Assembly: GCA_045632385.1 (NCBI GenBank)
Contig: JAZQWQ010000108.1
Span: 1-56,134, forward strand
Origin: Faecousia sp.
Lineage (GTDB): Bacteria > Bacillota > Clostridia > Oscillospirales > Oscillospiraceae
Direction: 5' to 3'
Length of the DNA: 56,134 nt
Shown here piece by piece: positions 7,690-18,227 of the stretch (the stretch's first letter is position 1; the number at the start of each line of letters is the position of its first letter). The notes below the pieces were generated by a model, which saw only the letters and a program-made list of their open reading frames with translations, made no database searches and was not told the DNA's origin. Made by a program: the position numbers and the translations under genes.

Positions 7690-9561
7690 TTATTCTTCAG
7701 TTGATTTATAGGCATCCAGCAAGGATGTATCACCGGCATTTGAAATTTCTTCACCGGCCATACATTGTGCAAACTGAGAGCCTGTCATAGTTTCATATTC
7801 CATCAGGAAATCTACGACCTTATTCAGCTTATCCGTATCCCGTTTGAGAATCTCACTGCACTGATCGTAAGCTTTATCAATGATAGCCTTTACCTCATCG
7901 TCGATGGTGCCGGCTACCTTTTCAGAATAACTCTTGGTATTCTGATAATCCCGACCGATAAATAACTCATCGCCACCAGTATAAGACACTGTGCCAAGCT
8001 TTTCGCACATACCATAACGGGCAACCATATCCCGGGCGAGCTTAGATGCACGATCAATATCACTGGAAGCACCTGTAGAAATATCCTGCAAGAACAAAGC
8101 CTCCGCAACACGACCACCCAAAAGGCCAACAATTTGTTCATACATCTCATTGCGAGTCAACTGATTACTATCTTCCATAGGTCGTGTCCAGGTAAGACCC
8201 AACGCATTGCCACGAGGAATAATAGAGATCTGGTGAACCGGATCATGTGTAGGCAAGCTATACATAGCAACTGCGTGGCCTGCCTCGTGAATGGCTGTCG
8301 CATGCAAATCACGCTTTAGCTGCGCTCTGCTGCGCTTTTCAGGGCCTGCAAGAATTTTCATCATTGCATCATTGATATCCCGCATATTCAGCGCCGGGCG
8401 GTCTTCACGAGCTGCCATAATGGCTGCTTCATTCAGCAAATTACTCAGATCTGCCCCGGTAAAACCGGAAGTTGCCATAGCAACCGTCTTCAAATCTACA
8501 TCTGCATCCAAGCGCTTGCCCTTAGCATGCACCTTGAGAATCTCTTCCCGGCCTTTTGCATCAGGCCTGCCAACGTGAATTTGACGGTCAAAACGGCCTG
8601 GACGAAGCAATGCATTATCCAAAATGTCCACACGGTTGGTAGCCGCCAAAACAATGACACCCTCTGTACGGCTGAAACCATCCATTTCAACCAGCAGCTG
8701 ATTCAGAGTCTGCTCTCTTTCATCGTGACCGCCACCTAAGCCAGAACCACGCTTACGGCCCACAGCGTCGATCTCGTCGATGAAGATAATGGCCGGTGCC
8801 ATACGCTTTGCCTGTTCAAACAAGTCACGAACACGGCTTGCACCAACACCAACATACATTTCCATAAAATCAGAACCGGAGATAGACAGGAATTGAACAT
8901 CTGCCTCACCGGCTACTGCACGCGCAAGAAGCGTCTTACCGGTACCGGGAGGGCCGGCAAGCAATATGCCGTGGGGAATTCTTGCGCCAATTGCTGTAAA
9001 CTTTTCCGGATTACGCAGGAAATCAACTACCTCCTGCAATTCGGCCTTTTCTTCATCCACACCAGCTACATCCGCAAAGGTAACCTTTTTGTTTCCTGCG
9101 CCTTGTGTAGTCCGGGCTTTTCCAAAATTATTCAAAGGATTATTACTGTTTGCTCGACCGGCCAAAATAACCCAAATAACGATTAAAATCAGTCCGGCAA
9201 TTACAATAGGCAGAATATAGGAAAAGGGTGACGGTTCTTCTGTAGGAATAAAATCATAGCTGTCCAAAACACCGGATTCCGTCTGTGTCTGTAATAAGTC
9301 CCACATTTCCTGACGGAAGGCCTCCGCATTCGCCATTGGAGCAGAAACAGACGTTTTACCATTCACTGCCTCTTTAAGAACCAAATAGATGGTGTCGTCC
9401 TCCACAACAAAGCTGCGAACCTTTTCCTCTTTGAACAGGGAAACGATTTGAGAATAGGTAAGATCCCCTCCCTTGCCTCCAAACAAGCCAAGCATCCAGG
9501 AAAATGCAATGGCCAATACAACGACATAAATAATCAGGGGTAATAATCTAGGTTTCTTCAA
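7690..9561 (-). CDS. ftsH: ATP-dependent zinc metalloprotease FtsH
   Basis: Two N-terminal TMs, [27 protein letters not shown] and HEAGH. Confidence 0.98.
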   Translation of the reverse strand: MKKPRLLPLIIYVVVLAIAFSWMLGLFGGKGGDLTYSQIVSLFKEEKVRSFVVEDDTIYLVLKEAVNGKTSVSAPMANAEAFRQEMWDLLQTQTESGVLDSYDFIPTEEPSPFSYILPIVIAGLILIVIWVILAGRANSNNPLNNFGKARTTQGAGNKKVTFADVAGVDEEKAELQEVVDFLRNPEKFTAIGARIPHGILLAGPPGTGKTLLARAVAGEADVQFLSISGSDFMEMYVGVGASRVRDLFEQAKRMAPAIIFIDEIDAVGRKRGSGLGGGHDEREQTLNQLLVEMDGFSRTEGVIVLAATNRVDILDNALLRPGRFDRQIHVGRPDAKGREEILKVHAKGKRLDADVDLKTVAMATSGFTGADLSNLLNEAAIMAAREDRPALNMRDINDAMMKILAGPEKRSRAQLKRDLHATAIHEAGHAVAMYSLPTHDPVHQISIIPRGNALGLTWTRPMEDSNQLTRNEMYEQIVGLLGGRVAEALFLQDISTGASSDIDRASKLARDMVARYGMCEKLGTVSYTGGDELFIGRDYQNTKSYSEKVAGTIDDEVKAIIDKAYDQCSEILKRDTDKLNKVVDFLMEYETMTGSQFAQCMAGEEISNAGDTSLLDAYKSTEE

Positions 9562-9572
9562 TTTTGATCTCC

Positions 9573-10109
9573 TTACATATAGGTTTCCGGTTTCAAAACA
9601 CCTACGTACGGCAGATTCCGGTAATGCTCATTATAATCAAGGCCATAACCAACTGCGAACACATTGTCGATGGTAAACCCAACATAATCTGCCTCCAGGG
9701 TCACAGCAGGATTACGACGTTCTGGCTTATCCAAAAGTGTGCATATCTTCAGGCTGGCAGGCTGCTTGGACAGCAAGTGTTTATACACGAATTCCAAGGA
9801 ATTTCCGGTATCGAAAATATCCTCCAAAATCACCACGTGACGGTCCTTGATATCCTCAGAGATATCACGTTTGACCTCCATATGGCTGGAGTTTGTTCCC
9901 TTATAGGATGAAATCCACATAAAATCAATCTGACAGGGTGCTTTAAAGTTTTTCACAAAATCGCCAAAGAATACAACCACACCCTTCAGCACACCAATAA
10001 ATACAGGATCTTTGTCCTTATATTCTTCGGTTAACAGGGCAGCAAGCTCCTGTACTTTTGCCTGAATCTCCTCCTGAGAGATCAGCACTCTTTGAATATT
10101 CTCCTCCAT
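9573..10109 (-). CDS. hpt: Hypoxanthine phosphoribosyltransferase
   Basis: VVILEDIFDTG PRPP motif, VGYGLDY; tilS-hpt-ftsH synteny. Confidence 0.97.
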   Translation of the reverse strand: MEENIQRVLISQEEIQAKVQELAALLTEEYKDKDPVFIGVLKGVVVFFGDFVKNFKAPCQIDFMWISSYKGTNSSHMEVKRDISEDIKDRHVVILEDIFDTGNSLEFVYKHLLSKQPASLKICTLLDKPERRNPAVTLEADYVGFTIDNVFAVGYGLDYNEHYRNLPYVGVLKPETYM

Positions 10110-10115
10110 GGAAAT

Positions 10116-11381
10116 CTACTCCTTTATCTCTTTAATTGTAATGGTTACTGCCGGGAGTTCCCGGGCTTGGCGATGTCCATCTGCGCCAAATCCGGCGACA
10201 GCAAGAATCCCTGCATCATCAGAAACTACCGGAATATAATCCCTTAAATTTGCCGGGATTTTTTTGTCAATAAATAGTTTTTTCAGACTTTTGGTGCCAC
10301 AAGGCAAACGAATGCTATCCCCTGCTCGTCTACAGCGAACAATCAGTTTACCACAGGTTTGCAGTGTAAAACATTCTGATGTGTTTACGATTTCGTCAGC
10401 CGGAGCACAAGTGATCAGCACATCATTCCATAATACTTCTCCCGGACAGGAAAGTTCCCGGGCAGAAATCTCTGCTAGTTCCGGTTGTTTCTCTAATTTG
10501 TCATAATTTCTGGAAATGGTAACATTTCCCGGGAAATGCGCTTTGGCTGAGGGTTTGGACGAAACCACCAGCTTATGTAAAAGTTTTATATGTTCTGCTT
10601 CCGGTTCTTTTACACCGCACTGCTTCAAAAAGGTTGCATAAAAACGATTTTGCAAAGCCTGAGGCAATTCCAAAATCTGCGAAACAGAGGGATTTTCCAA
10701 ATTGGATAAGTCCGAAAGTGCCTTTTCATCCTCACGCAGACGAAGTGCCATTTGGGATGTGTTTTCACTGAACCGGGGATTTTCATTCTTCAGAAGAGGC
10801 ATAACATGATGACGCAATCGATTTCTAAGAAAATCATCGGTTTCATTGGAACTGTCCGTCACATAATCCAGGTTATACTCTTGCAAAAATGCAAGTATCT
10901 CCTGCCGGGTCACAGACAACAGCGGTCTGATCAATTTCCCGTTTGCAGGTGCAATTCCGCCCAAGCCTTTTAATCCTGTTCCACGAACCAAGTGCATCAG
11001 CACAGTTTCAGCATTATCGTCCGCTGTATGGGCCGTTGCGATCTTTCCGGACAATGTAGCAAAAAACGCATAACGAGCCTCTCTGGCGGCTGCCTCCAAG
11101 CCCTTTTTTCCGGAAACCACATTCGCACCGGAAACAACAAGTGGAATGTCATACCGATCACAGAACTGACGGACAAAGCTTTCATCCCTGTCTGACTCTT
11201 CACCACGCAAATGATGATTAAAATGTACAGCAGACAAACGAATTTCCAACTTTTCCTTCAATAAATACAGAGCAAACAGTAAGGCAATGGAATCTGCGCC
11301 ACCGGAAACGGCGCACCAGATTTCATCACCGGGAACGATCAACTGCTGTTGACGAATAAAGGTCTGCAGCTTATTCCACAT
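10116..11381 (-). CDS. tilS: tRNA(Ile)-lysidine synthetase
   Basis: AVSGGADS PP-loop, AHTADD.AET, RNRLRH; start overlaps the dnaB end. Confidence 0.96.
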   Translation of the reverse strand: MWNKLQTFIRQQQLIVPGDEIWCAVSGGADSIALLFALYLLKEKLEIRLSAVHFNHHLRGEESDRDESFVRQFCDRYDIPLVVSGANVVSGKKGLEAAAREARYAFFATLSGKIATAHTADDNAETVLMHLVRGTGLKGLGGIAPANGKLIRPLLSVTRQEILAFLQEYNLDYVTDSSNETDDFLRNRLRHHVMPLLKNENPRFSENTSQMALRLREDEKALSDLSNLENPSVSQILELPQALQNRFYATFLKQCGVKEPEAEHIKLLHKLVVSSKPSAKAHFPGNVTISRNYDKLEKQPELAEISARELSCPGEVLWNDVLITCAPADEIVNTSECFTLQTCGKLIVRCRRAGDSIRLPCGTKSLKKLFIDKKIPANLRDYIPVVSDDAGILAVAGFGADGHRQARELPAVTITIKEIKE

Positions 11382-12708
11382 GCTTCCACTCCCGGTCAGC
11401 AAAGGTCTGATATTGCGGAATCCATTGCAATTTAACCGTGCCTACTTCACCGTGTCGGTTTTTGGCAACGATACATTCCGCAATGCCCTTGTCTTCCGAA
11501 TTTTCATTATAGTATTCATCGCGGTACAAGAATAAAACTTCATCCGCATCCTGTTCGATAGCACCGGATTCACGCAAGTCAGAAAGCATTGGGCGCTTAT
11601 CGGTACGGCTTTCAGGACCACGGGACAACTGGCTCAAACAAACCACCGGAACATTCAATTCTTTCGCCATGATCTTAAGAGATCGGGAAATCTCACTGAC
11701 CACGTTCACACGGCTGTCGCCGCCCTTGCCGTAACCGGAACCATTCATAAGTTGCAGATAGTCGATGATTACGAGGCCCAGATTATCCAATCTGCGGCAT
11801 TTTGCGTTCATTTCCGCTACAGTAATAGCCGGGTTATCATCTACACGGATATCTGTCTGACTCAAGGCTGAAGAAGCCATACATAGCTTACTCCACTCTT
11901 CCTCTGTCAGCTTACCGGTGGCCATTTTTTGACCATCCACAAAGCTTTCAATGGACAAAAGGCGCATAGCCAGCTGCTCCCGGGACATTTCCAAGGAGAA
12001 CATTGCTACTGTCTGCTTATACTTCTTTGCTACATTCAGGCACAGGTTAAGCGCAAAAGCAGTCTTACCCATTGCAGGACGGGCCGCAAGCAAAAGCAGG
12101 TCAGATTTATTCAAACCGTTGATCTTTGCATCCAGGTCGCGCATACCGGTTGAAAGACCGGGAATGGCAGAATCCGACTCACTTAGCTCAGTCAAGTGAT
12201 CAAATACCTTGTGCAGCGTTGTGCCAATATGCTCCAAAGAGTCGCCACGCTCACCTTTGCGGAGGGCAAAAATCTTCTTCTCTGCAAGTTCCAGGATTTC
12301 ACTGGGTGTACCCAGCTGACTCTGAACAGTTTCCGAAATCTCCGCGGCAGCATCTCCAAGCCCGCGAAGCATGGCCTTATCCCGGACAATATTGGCATAT
12401 TTCACCGCATTGGCAGCTGTCGGTGTGATTTCCATTAGCTGCATAATGTATTCCCGGGAATTATCCTTGTGGAAACCCAGCTCCTTCATTTTATCCAGAA
12501 CTGTAACCGGGTCAATGGATTGGGAGAAATTAAACATTGTATAAATGGTTTGGTAAATCTCCCTGTTTTGTTGCAGATAAAAGTCCTCAGCCCGGACAAT
12601 ACCAATAATGTCTGTCAGGCATTTGCTGTCAATTAGCACAGAGCCTAACACTGCTTGTTCGGCTTCCAGAGAATGGGGCAATTGTTTGCCTAACAATTCT
12701 TCGTCCAC
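11371..12708 (-). CDS. dnaB: Replicative DNA helicase
   Basis: PHSLEAEQAVLG, ARPAMGKT, IDYLQL and DLRESGAIEQDAD. Confidence 0.98.
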   Translation of the reverse strand: MDEELLGKQLPHSLEAEQAVLGSVLIDSKCLTDIIGIVRAEDFYLQQNREIYQTIYTMFNFSQSIDPVTVLDKMKELGFHKDNSREYIMQLMEITPTAANAVKYANIVRDKAMLRGLGDAAAEISETVQSQLGTPSEILELAEKKIFALRKGERGDSLEHIGTTLHKVFDHLTELSESDSAIPGLSTGMRDLDAKINGLNKSDLLLLAARPAMGKTAFALNLCLNVAKKYKQTVAMFSLEMSREQLAMRLLSIESFVDGQKMATGKLTEEEWSKLCMASSALSQTDIRVDDNPAITVAEMNAKCRRLDNLGLVIIDYLQLMNGSGYGKGGDSRVNVVSEISRSLKIMAKELNVPVVCLSQLSRGPESRTDKRPMLSDLRESGAIEQDADEVLFLYRDEYYNENSEDKGIAECIVAKNRHGEVGTVKLQWIPQYQTFADREWKHVE

Positions 12709-12742
12709 GGCGGTACTCCTTTCTATTTTCTCTAAAGGAAGA

Positions 12743-13189
12743 TCAGCCTTCCACGATTTTCACCGTCAGCGGTGCTGTAATTTCATAACCCAGCTTGCAC
12801 TGAACAGTGTAAGTGCCAACACTCTTAATGGCATCAGCAATCACGATCTTGCGCTTGTCAAGTACAATTCCGGAGCTTGCCTTTAACGCATCTGCAATTT
12901 CCTGGTTGGTAACAGAACCAAACAAACGGCCAGCACCGCCACCTTTTGCAGTAACAGTCAGGGTCATTTCACGCAACTTGTGAGAAATCTCCAGTGCTTC
13001 TGCACGCTCCTTAGCAGCTTTTTCTGCAGCTGCTTTGTCGTTCATATTCTTTGTATTAACAGCATCCGCTGTAGCCTCTACTGCCAGCTTGCGGGGCAAC
13101 AGAAAGTTTCTAGCATAGCCATCAGAGATCTCCAACAGTTGACCTTTCTTTCCCTTTCCCTTCACATCCTGCATCAAAATAACTTTCAT
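12743..13189 (-). CDS. rplI: 50S ribosomal protein L9
   Basis: [15 protein letters not shown]...[17 protein letters not shown]. Confidence 0.98.
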   Translation of the reverse strand: MKVILMQDVKGKGKKGQLLEISDGYARNFLLPRKLAVEATADAVNTKNMNDKAAAEKAAKERAEALEISHKLREMTLTVTAKGGGAGRLFGSVTNQEIADALKASSGIVLDKRKIVIADAIKSVGTYTVQCKLGYEITAPLTVKIVEG

Positions 13190-13193
13190 ATAC

Positions 13194-15191
13194 TTACTCT
13201 CCTTGTTTGCTTTCATAGTAATGGTCGATTGCAACGACCAACTTATCCAAAACTTCTTTTACATTTGCATTGGGGATTTGCGCTCCGGCAGTAGCTGAAT
13301 TACCGCCACCTCCCAATTCCTCCAAAATGAGCTGCACATTGGCATCGCCGATGGAACGTGCAGAAATCAATACTCGGTCATTATCCGGGAACAGCACAAA
13401 AGACGCACGAATACCGGTAATATTTAAAAGCTCATCCGCTGCCTGCGCTGCAAGCACACGAGAGGTACTGCCATTTAATGGAGCTATTGCAATCCCATGC
13501 TTATGCATACGAGCAGCACCTATGATCTTGTGCTTTGTGATTGTATCATCGTAATCGCTTTGAAGCAGTTTCTTCACTTTAACCGTATCTGCGCCTATCT
13601 TCCGCAAATATGCCGCAGCTTCAAAGGTACGTTCCCCGGTACGAACATTAAAACTCTTCGTATCCAAAATAATTCCGGCCATCAAAGCCTCTGCCTCAAT
13701 AGGAAGCACGTCTTTCGATTCGACACCGTATTCCAAAAGTTCCGTTGCCATTTCAGCAGCAGAAGATGCATACGGTTCATGGAAGTTCAGTGCAACCGGA
13801 TTAATATAGTCTGCAGCACGCAAATGATGGTCAACCACACATATCTTGGGTATCGCTTCCAAAAGCGGCTTACATTCCACTTGATCCGGACGATTGGTAT
13901 CCACAACCACCAACGTGCTGCGGTTATCACATTTCAAAAGTGCATCCTGACCCGAAATGAAGACATTTTTATACTCTGGAACTTTTTCGATCTCATCGAT
14001 CAGGCGTTTGGCTGAATTTTCTTCAAGATCAATCACAATATGAAACGGTTTTTCCTTTTTGCGGCACAGACAAGCGATGCCCATTGCAGCGCCCAAGGAG
14101 TCCATATCCGCATTTTTATGGCCCATAATGAAGACCTGGCTGCTCTGTGCAATCAATTCTGACAACGTATTGGCTGTTACGCGAGAGCGAACCTTACCTC
14201 GGCGGTCAGCTTCCTTTGCGCGGCCGCCATAGAAGTGAAAATTCATTCGATCTTTTACCACGGCCTGGTCACCACCACGGCTCAATGCCATCTCGATAGA
14301 AAGCGTGGCAAAGTTATATGCTTCCTCGAAGGTCTCTCCATCTACGCCAAGTCCAATGGATATGGATGCCTCCAAACCGGAGGGAGATGTGATTTCGTGA
14401 ACTTCTTGTAAAACAGAAAACTTCTGCGCAACAGCATGCTTGAGATCGCGCTTCTCAACAACCAGCAAAAAACGGTTTTTTTCCATACGACGCAACAGTC
14501 CGTGATAATCCTGCGCCCATTGCATAATGCAGTTATTTAAGTGCGCATCCAGCGTCGAAATCGCAGCATCCGTCATATTTCGGGTCAATTCATCGTAATT
14601 ATCCACGAGGAGAATACAAACCACCGGGCGGGAACGAATATACTCATCCCGAATTTGATACAGCTCCGTAAGTTCCGACAAATACAGCACTGCCAAAGGA
14701 GCAACTTGCGGATCGTTGTTGTGGATAACAGAACCGTAAACACGGTAACGATGCTGACCAATAGACACATCATAAGGAGATTCTGTCTTGCCGGATAACA
14801 ACCAATCCATAGAAAAATCCGAAAGCAAATCCGTAATTGTATGCTCCGTAAACGAAAACCGCAGACCTGTCAGCTTCGCAAACGCATCGTTGGCATACAC
14901 AACTTGACCATCAGATAGCTTTACTGTCACTAATGGGAATGGAGATTCTGACCCTTGAGAACCCGATATCAGATCTGTATTTTCCTGCACAAAATCCCGC
15001 AGTTGTCTATGCCGGGAAACACGAAAAAGAATATAGCAAACAAGCAAAACCGCAGAAAATCCAAGCATAATCCAAAACAGAAGATAATGCTCTAATAATG
15101 CAGCTGCAACACAAAACAAAGCAAGCACCACAAAGTACAGCCACGCACTGGGATTTAACAGCCAATGCAACTTCTTTTTCATATCTGACAC
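13194..15191 (-). CDS. gdpP: c-di-AMP phosphodiesterase GdpP (TM-PAS-degenerate GGDEF-DHH/DHHA1)
   Basis: Two TMs, RGGDQA, GH..AD.D, DHH and GGG motifs; gdpP-rplI-dnaB synteny. Start may be ATG 15182. Confidence 0.92.
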   Translation of the reverse strand: MSDMKKKLHWLLNPSAWLYFVVLALFCVAAALLEHYLLFWIMLGFSAVLLVCYILFRVSRHRQLRDFVQENTDLISGSQGSESPFPLVTVKLSDGQVVYANDAFAKLTGLRFSFTEHTITDLLSDFSMDWLLSGKTESPYDVSIGQHRYRVYGSVIHNNDPQVAPLAVLYLSELTELYQIRDEYIRSRPVVCILLVDNYDELTRNMTDAAISTLDAHLNNCIMQWAQDYHGLLRRMEKNRFLLVVEKRDLKHAVAQKFSVLQEVHEITSPSGLEASISIGLGVDGETFEEAYNFATLSIEMALSRGGDQAVVKDRMNFHFYGGRAKEADRRGKVRSRVTANTLSELIAQSSQVFIMGHKNADMDSLGAAMGIACLCRKKEKPFHIVIDLEENSAKRLIDEIEKVPEYKNVFISGQDALLKCDNRSTLVVVDTNRPDQVECKPLLEAIPKICVVDHHLRAADYINPVALNFHEPYASSAAEMATELLEYGVESKDVLPIEAEALMAGIILDTKSFNVRTGERTFEAAAYLRKIGADTVKVKKLLQSDYDDTITKHKIIGAARMHKHGIAIAPLNGSTSRVLAAQAADELLNITGIRASFVLFPDNDRVLISARSIGDANVQLILEELGGGGNSATAGAQIPNANVKEVLDKLVVAIDHYYESKQGE

Positions 15192-15234
15192 CTCCCGCAG
15201 GGATACAATTAGCTATAAAAAGCCTATTTTGTAC

Positions 15235-15263
15235 ATTATAGCAAAATCACAGCAAAGGTGCAA
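15235..15263 (-). promoter_or_regulatory. Sigma-A-like promoter for gdpP operon
   Basis: Minus strand TTGCAC-17bp-TATAAT with extended TG. Confidence 0.7.
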
Positions 15264-15360
15264 CAGCATTTTTCATATTTCCCTTTTTAATTTATACCTC
15301 TTTACATGCTGTATGTGTTCGATCATAATTTTCCTGTCGTTTGTTTGTAGAAAATAAATG

Positions 15361-15389
15361 TGTACAATTACGTAAAAACGTGGTATAAT
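15361..15389 (+). promoter_or_regulatory. Sigma-A-like promoter for rnj
   Basis: TGTACA-17bp-TATAAT with extended TG. Confidence 0.6.
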
Positions 15390-15533
15390 GTATACATAAA
15401 GCGTCAGGCAGGCAGACCTGAGCAAGGTTCAAACAACTAAACCAGTGGGCGCATTTGTGTTTGTTTTCGACGATACAGGGTCGGTTTTCAGCACAGGCGG
15501 CTGCTGAATTTTCTATGTCTTTTTGAAAGGAGA

Positions 15534-17201
15534 ATGAATTTTACTTTGGCTGAAAAATTGAAAATTATCCCCTTAGGTGGATTGGATGAAATCGGTAAAA
15601 ACATTACTGTACTGGAATACGGCAAGGATATGATCGTCGTTGATTGCGGTGTCGGTTTCCCGGATGAGGAAATGTACGGTGTTGATCTGGTCATTCCGGA
15701 CTTTACCTATCTAGTTCAGAACGCTAAGAAACTCAGAGGTATGTTTATTACCCACGGTCACGAGGATCACATTGGCTCTATTCCCTACTGTATGCAGCAG
15801 GTGATTTGCCCGATCCACGGAACAGCTATGACCAATGGTTTAATCAAACTAAAGCTGGAAGAGCATCAAATCGCTGACAAGGTGAAGCTGATAACCCATA
15901 AGCCCGGTGATACCGTAAAAGCCGGATGTTTTACGGTGGAATTTATCCACGTCAATCACTCCATTGCAGATGCTGTGGCCTTGGCCATTCACACACCTGT
16001 TGGCACTGTCATTATGACAGGTGACTTTAAGATTGATCCCACCGCCAAGGATGGAATGATCGATCTGGCTCGTCTGGGTGAATTGGGCAATCACGGAGTT
16101 CTTGCACTTCTGTGTGATTCCACAAATGTAGATCGCCAAGGCTACACACCTAGCGAAAATATTGTTGCTGAAAGTCTGGATCGGCAATTCAAAAACTGTG
16201 ACCAACGAATCATCGTCACCACATTTGCTTCTAATATGCATCGGATTCAATCCGTGTTGAATACCGCGCAGCGTTATGGTCGAAAAGTAGCTGTTTCCGG
16301 GCGCAGTATGGAAAATATGCTGATGGTTGCTCAGGAATTGGGCTACCTGAAAGTTCCTGCCGGAATGATTGTTGACCTGGGCGCTGTGAAGAGCTTGCCG
16401 AAAAACAAGGTCGTAATTGTTTCCACAGGCTCTCAGGGTGAAAATATGTCCGCACTGTACCGTATGGCATTTTCTTCCCATAAGCATATCGATATCATTA
16501 GTGGTGACCGGATTATAATTTCTGCATCCGCTATTCCCGGCAACGAAAAAGCAGTCTCGAGAATTATCAATGAGTTATATCGCAAAGGCGCCGAGGTAAT
16601 TTACGAAAAAAGCGAAGGTTTACACGTTTCCGGACATGCCTGTCAGGAAGAGCTGAAGATCATTCACGCGCTGTGTAAGCCCAAGTTCTTTATCCCGGTT
16701 CACGGTGAGCAGAGACACCTGCAAATCCACGGTAAATTGGCTGTGCAAATGGGTGTTTCCCCCAAGCGCGTATGTATTGCCGATATTGGTAATGTGATTG
16801 AGCTTTCCGGAAAAACCTGCAAAATCAACGGCACTGTGCAGGCCGGAAAAGTCTTTGTAGACGGCACTGGCGTTGGCGATGTTGGCAGCGTTGTTCTCCG
16901 GGATAGAAAGCATTTGGCGCAAGATGGTATGATTGTCGTGTGTGTCAATATTTCTGCGCAAGATGGCGCCGTCATCACCGGCCCGGACATCATTACCCGT
17001 GGTTTTATTTACGTCAAAGAATCCGAAGATCTGATGGAAGAACTTCGCTGTGTAGCTATGGAAGCGATCGAGCGTTGCGGCAGGAAACGGGTTCGGGACT
17101 GGACAGCAATCAAGACTGCTATCAAAAATGATCTGAGTGGATATCTGTACAAGACCACAAAGCGAAACCCGATGATCTTACCTGTCATTATGGAAGTATA
17201 A
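15534..17201 (+). CDS. rnj: Ribonuclease J
   Basis: IIPLGGLDEIGKN, THGHEDH, HVSGHA and PVHGE; C-terminal RNPMILPVIMEV. True start may be TTG 15546. Confidence 0.97.
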   Translation: MNFTLAEKLKIIPLGGLDEIGKNITVLEYGKDMIVVDCGVGFPDEEMYGVDLVIPDFTYLVQNAKKLRGMFITHGHEDHIGSIPYCMQQVICPIHGTAMTNGLIKLKLEEHQIADKVKLITHKPGDTVKAGCFTVEFIHVNHSIADAVALAIHTPVGTVIMTGDFKIDPTAKDGMIDLARLGELGNHGVLALLCDSTNVDRQGYTPSENIVAESLDRQFKNCDQRIIVTTFASNMHRIQSVLNTAQRYGRKVAVSGRSMENMLMVAQELGYLKVPAGMIVDLGAVKSLPKNKVVIVSTGSQGENMSALYRMAFSSHKHIDIISGDRIIISASAIPGNEKAVSRIINELYRKGAEVIYEKSEGLHVSGHACQEELKIIHALCKPKFFIPVHGEQRHLQIHGKLAVQMGVSPKRVCIADIGNVIELSGKTCKINGTVQAGKVFVDGTGVGDVGSVVLRDRKHLAQDGMIVVCVNISAQDGAVITGPDIITRGFIYVKESEDLMEELRCVAMEAIERCGRKRVRDWTAIKTAIKNDLSGYLYKTTKRNPMILPVIMEV

Positions 17202-17206
17202 AAGAA

Positions 17207-17235
17207 GCAGGGTATGCCACGGCATACCCTGTTTT
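17207..17235 (+). terminator. Terminator-like hairpin after rnj
   Basis: gcagggtatgcc/ggcataccctgt stem with short T-run abutting the dus RBS. Confidence 0.7.
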
Positions 17236-17244
17236 GAGGTGTTT

Positions 17245-18189
17245 ATGTATATATATTTTGCGCCCCTGGAAGGGCTGACAGACAGCACATATCGAAAGTT
17301 ACATCACAAATATTTCCCCGGTGTCGATCGATACTATACCCCGTTCTTCTCCCCTACCTCCAGTCGAAAATTAACTCCCAGAGAAATCCGGGAACTGCCA
17401 CCGGCAGATGCATTCGGCGTTTCAGTCATTCCGCAGTTACTTACCAAAAGTCCGGAGGATTTTTTGTGGATGTGCGAAAAGTTTCAGGATCTGGGATATA
17501 GCGAAATAAACCTCAACACAGGCTGCCCTTCCGGAACTGTTACCGCCAAAGGAAAGGGCGCCGGTATGCTCCGGGAGCCTGAAAATCTTGACCGTTTTCT
17601 CAACGAGATATTTGAAAAAGCAACTGTCGGTATCTCTGTAAAAACCAGACTTGGCTTTGAGAACCCCGATGAGTTTACTGAAATTTTAGAGATTTTTAAT
17701 CGGTATCCTATCCAGGAGTTAATCATTCACCCAAGGGTGCGTACTGCATTTTATAAAGGTGCTGTAAATAAGGAGGCCTTCTCCTATGCCGTTACGCACA
17801 GTAGAATTCCCCTGTGTTATAACGGAAATCTAAACACAGCAGCAGACATTCAAAAAATTTCCAAAGAATTTCCTACCCTGCAAACGGTTATGCTTGGACG
17901 TGGATTAATCGCTGACCCCGGAATGTTCTCTCCCGGTGGTACAGACAGGAATGCCTTGCAAGCTTTCTTTGACGAACTTCTAGAGGAATATCAAATCTCT
18001 TTCGGCGGATCTCGAAATGCAATGTTCCGTCTGAAAGAACACTGGCGATATCTTTTGTGTAAATTTGAAAACAGCGAAAAACTGGGAAAAAGATTGCGAA
18101 AAACCACAGATCTAGGTGAATATAAATCCATAACCAAAGAAATATTTCAAATCCTTCCTATGCGCGAAACCATTCTTTCCGATTGGTAA
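17245..18189 (+). CDS. tRNA-dihydrouridine synthase family protein
   Basis: FAPLEG, NLNTGCPS...GKGAG, SVKTRLG, IHPR and YNGN motifs; GAGGTG RBS before ATG 17245. Confidence 0.93.
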   Translation: MYIYFAPLEGLTDSTYRKLHHKYFPGVDRYYTPFFSPTSSRKLTPREIRELPPADAFGVSVIPQLLTKSPEDFLWMCEKFQDLGYSEINLNTGCPSGTVTAKGKGAGMLREPENLDRFLNEIFEKATVGISVKTRLGFENPDEFTEILEIFNRYPIQELIIHPRVRTAFYKGAVNKEAFSYAVTHSRIPLCYNGNLNTAADIQKISKEFPTLQTVMLGRGLIADPGMFSPGGTDRNALQAFFDELLEEYQISFGGSRNAMFRLKEHWRYLLCKFENSEKLGKRLRKTTDLGEYKSITKEIFQILPMRETILSDW

Positions 18190-18190
18190 A

Positions 18191-18223
18191 AACAGCCCCC
18201 AACCGAAGCAGTTGGGGGCTGTT
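18191..18223. terminator. Terminator between convergent dus and PPIase genes
   Basis: aacagcccccaac / gttgggggctgtt perfect stem. Confidence 0.82.
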
Positions 18224-18227
18224 CCTA

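Noticed and set aside
14260-14285. GGDQA as an active diguanylate cyclase motif
   Set aside because: A degenerate GGDEF domain is the normal state in GdpP.
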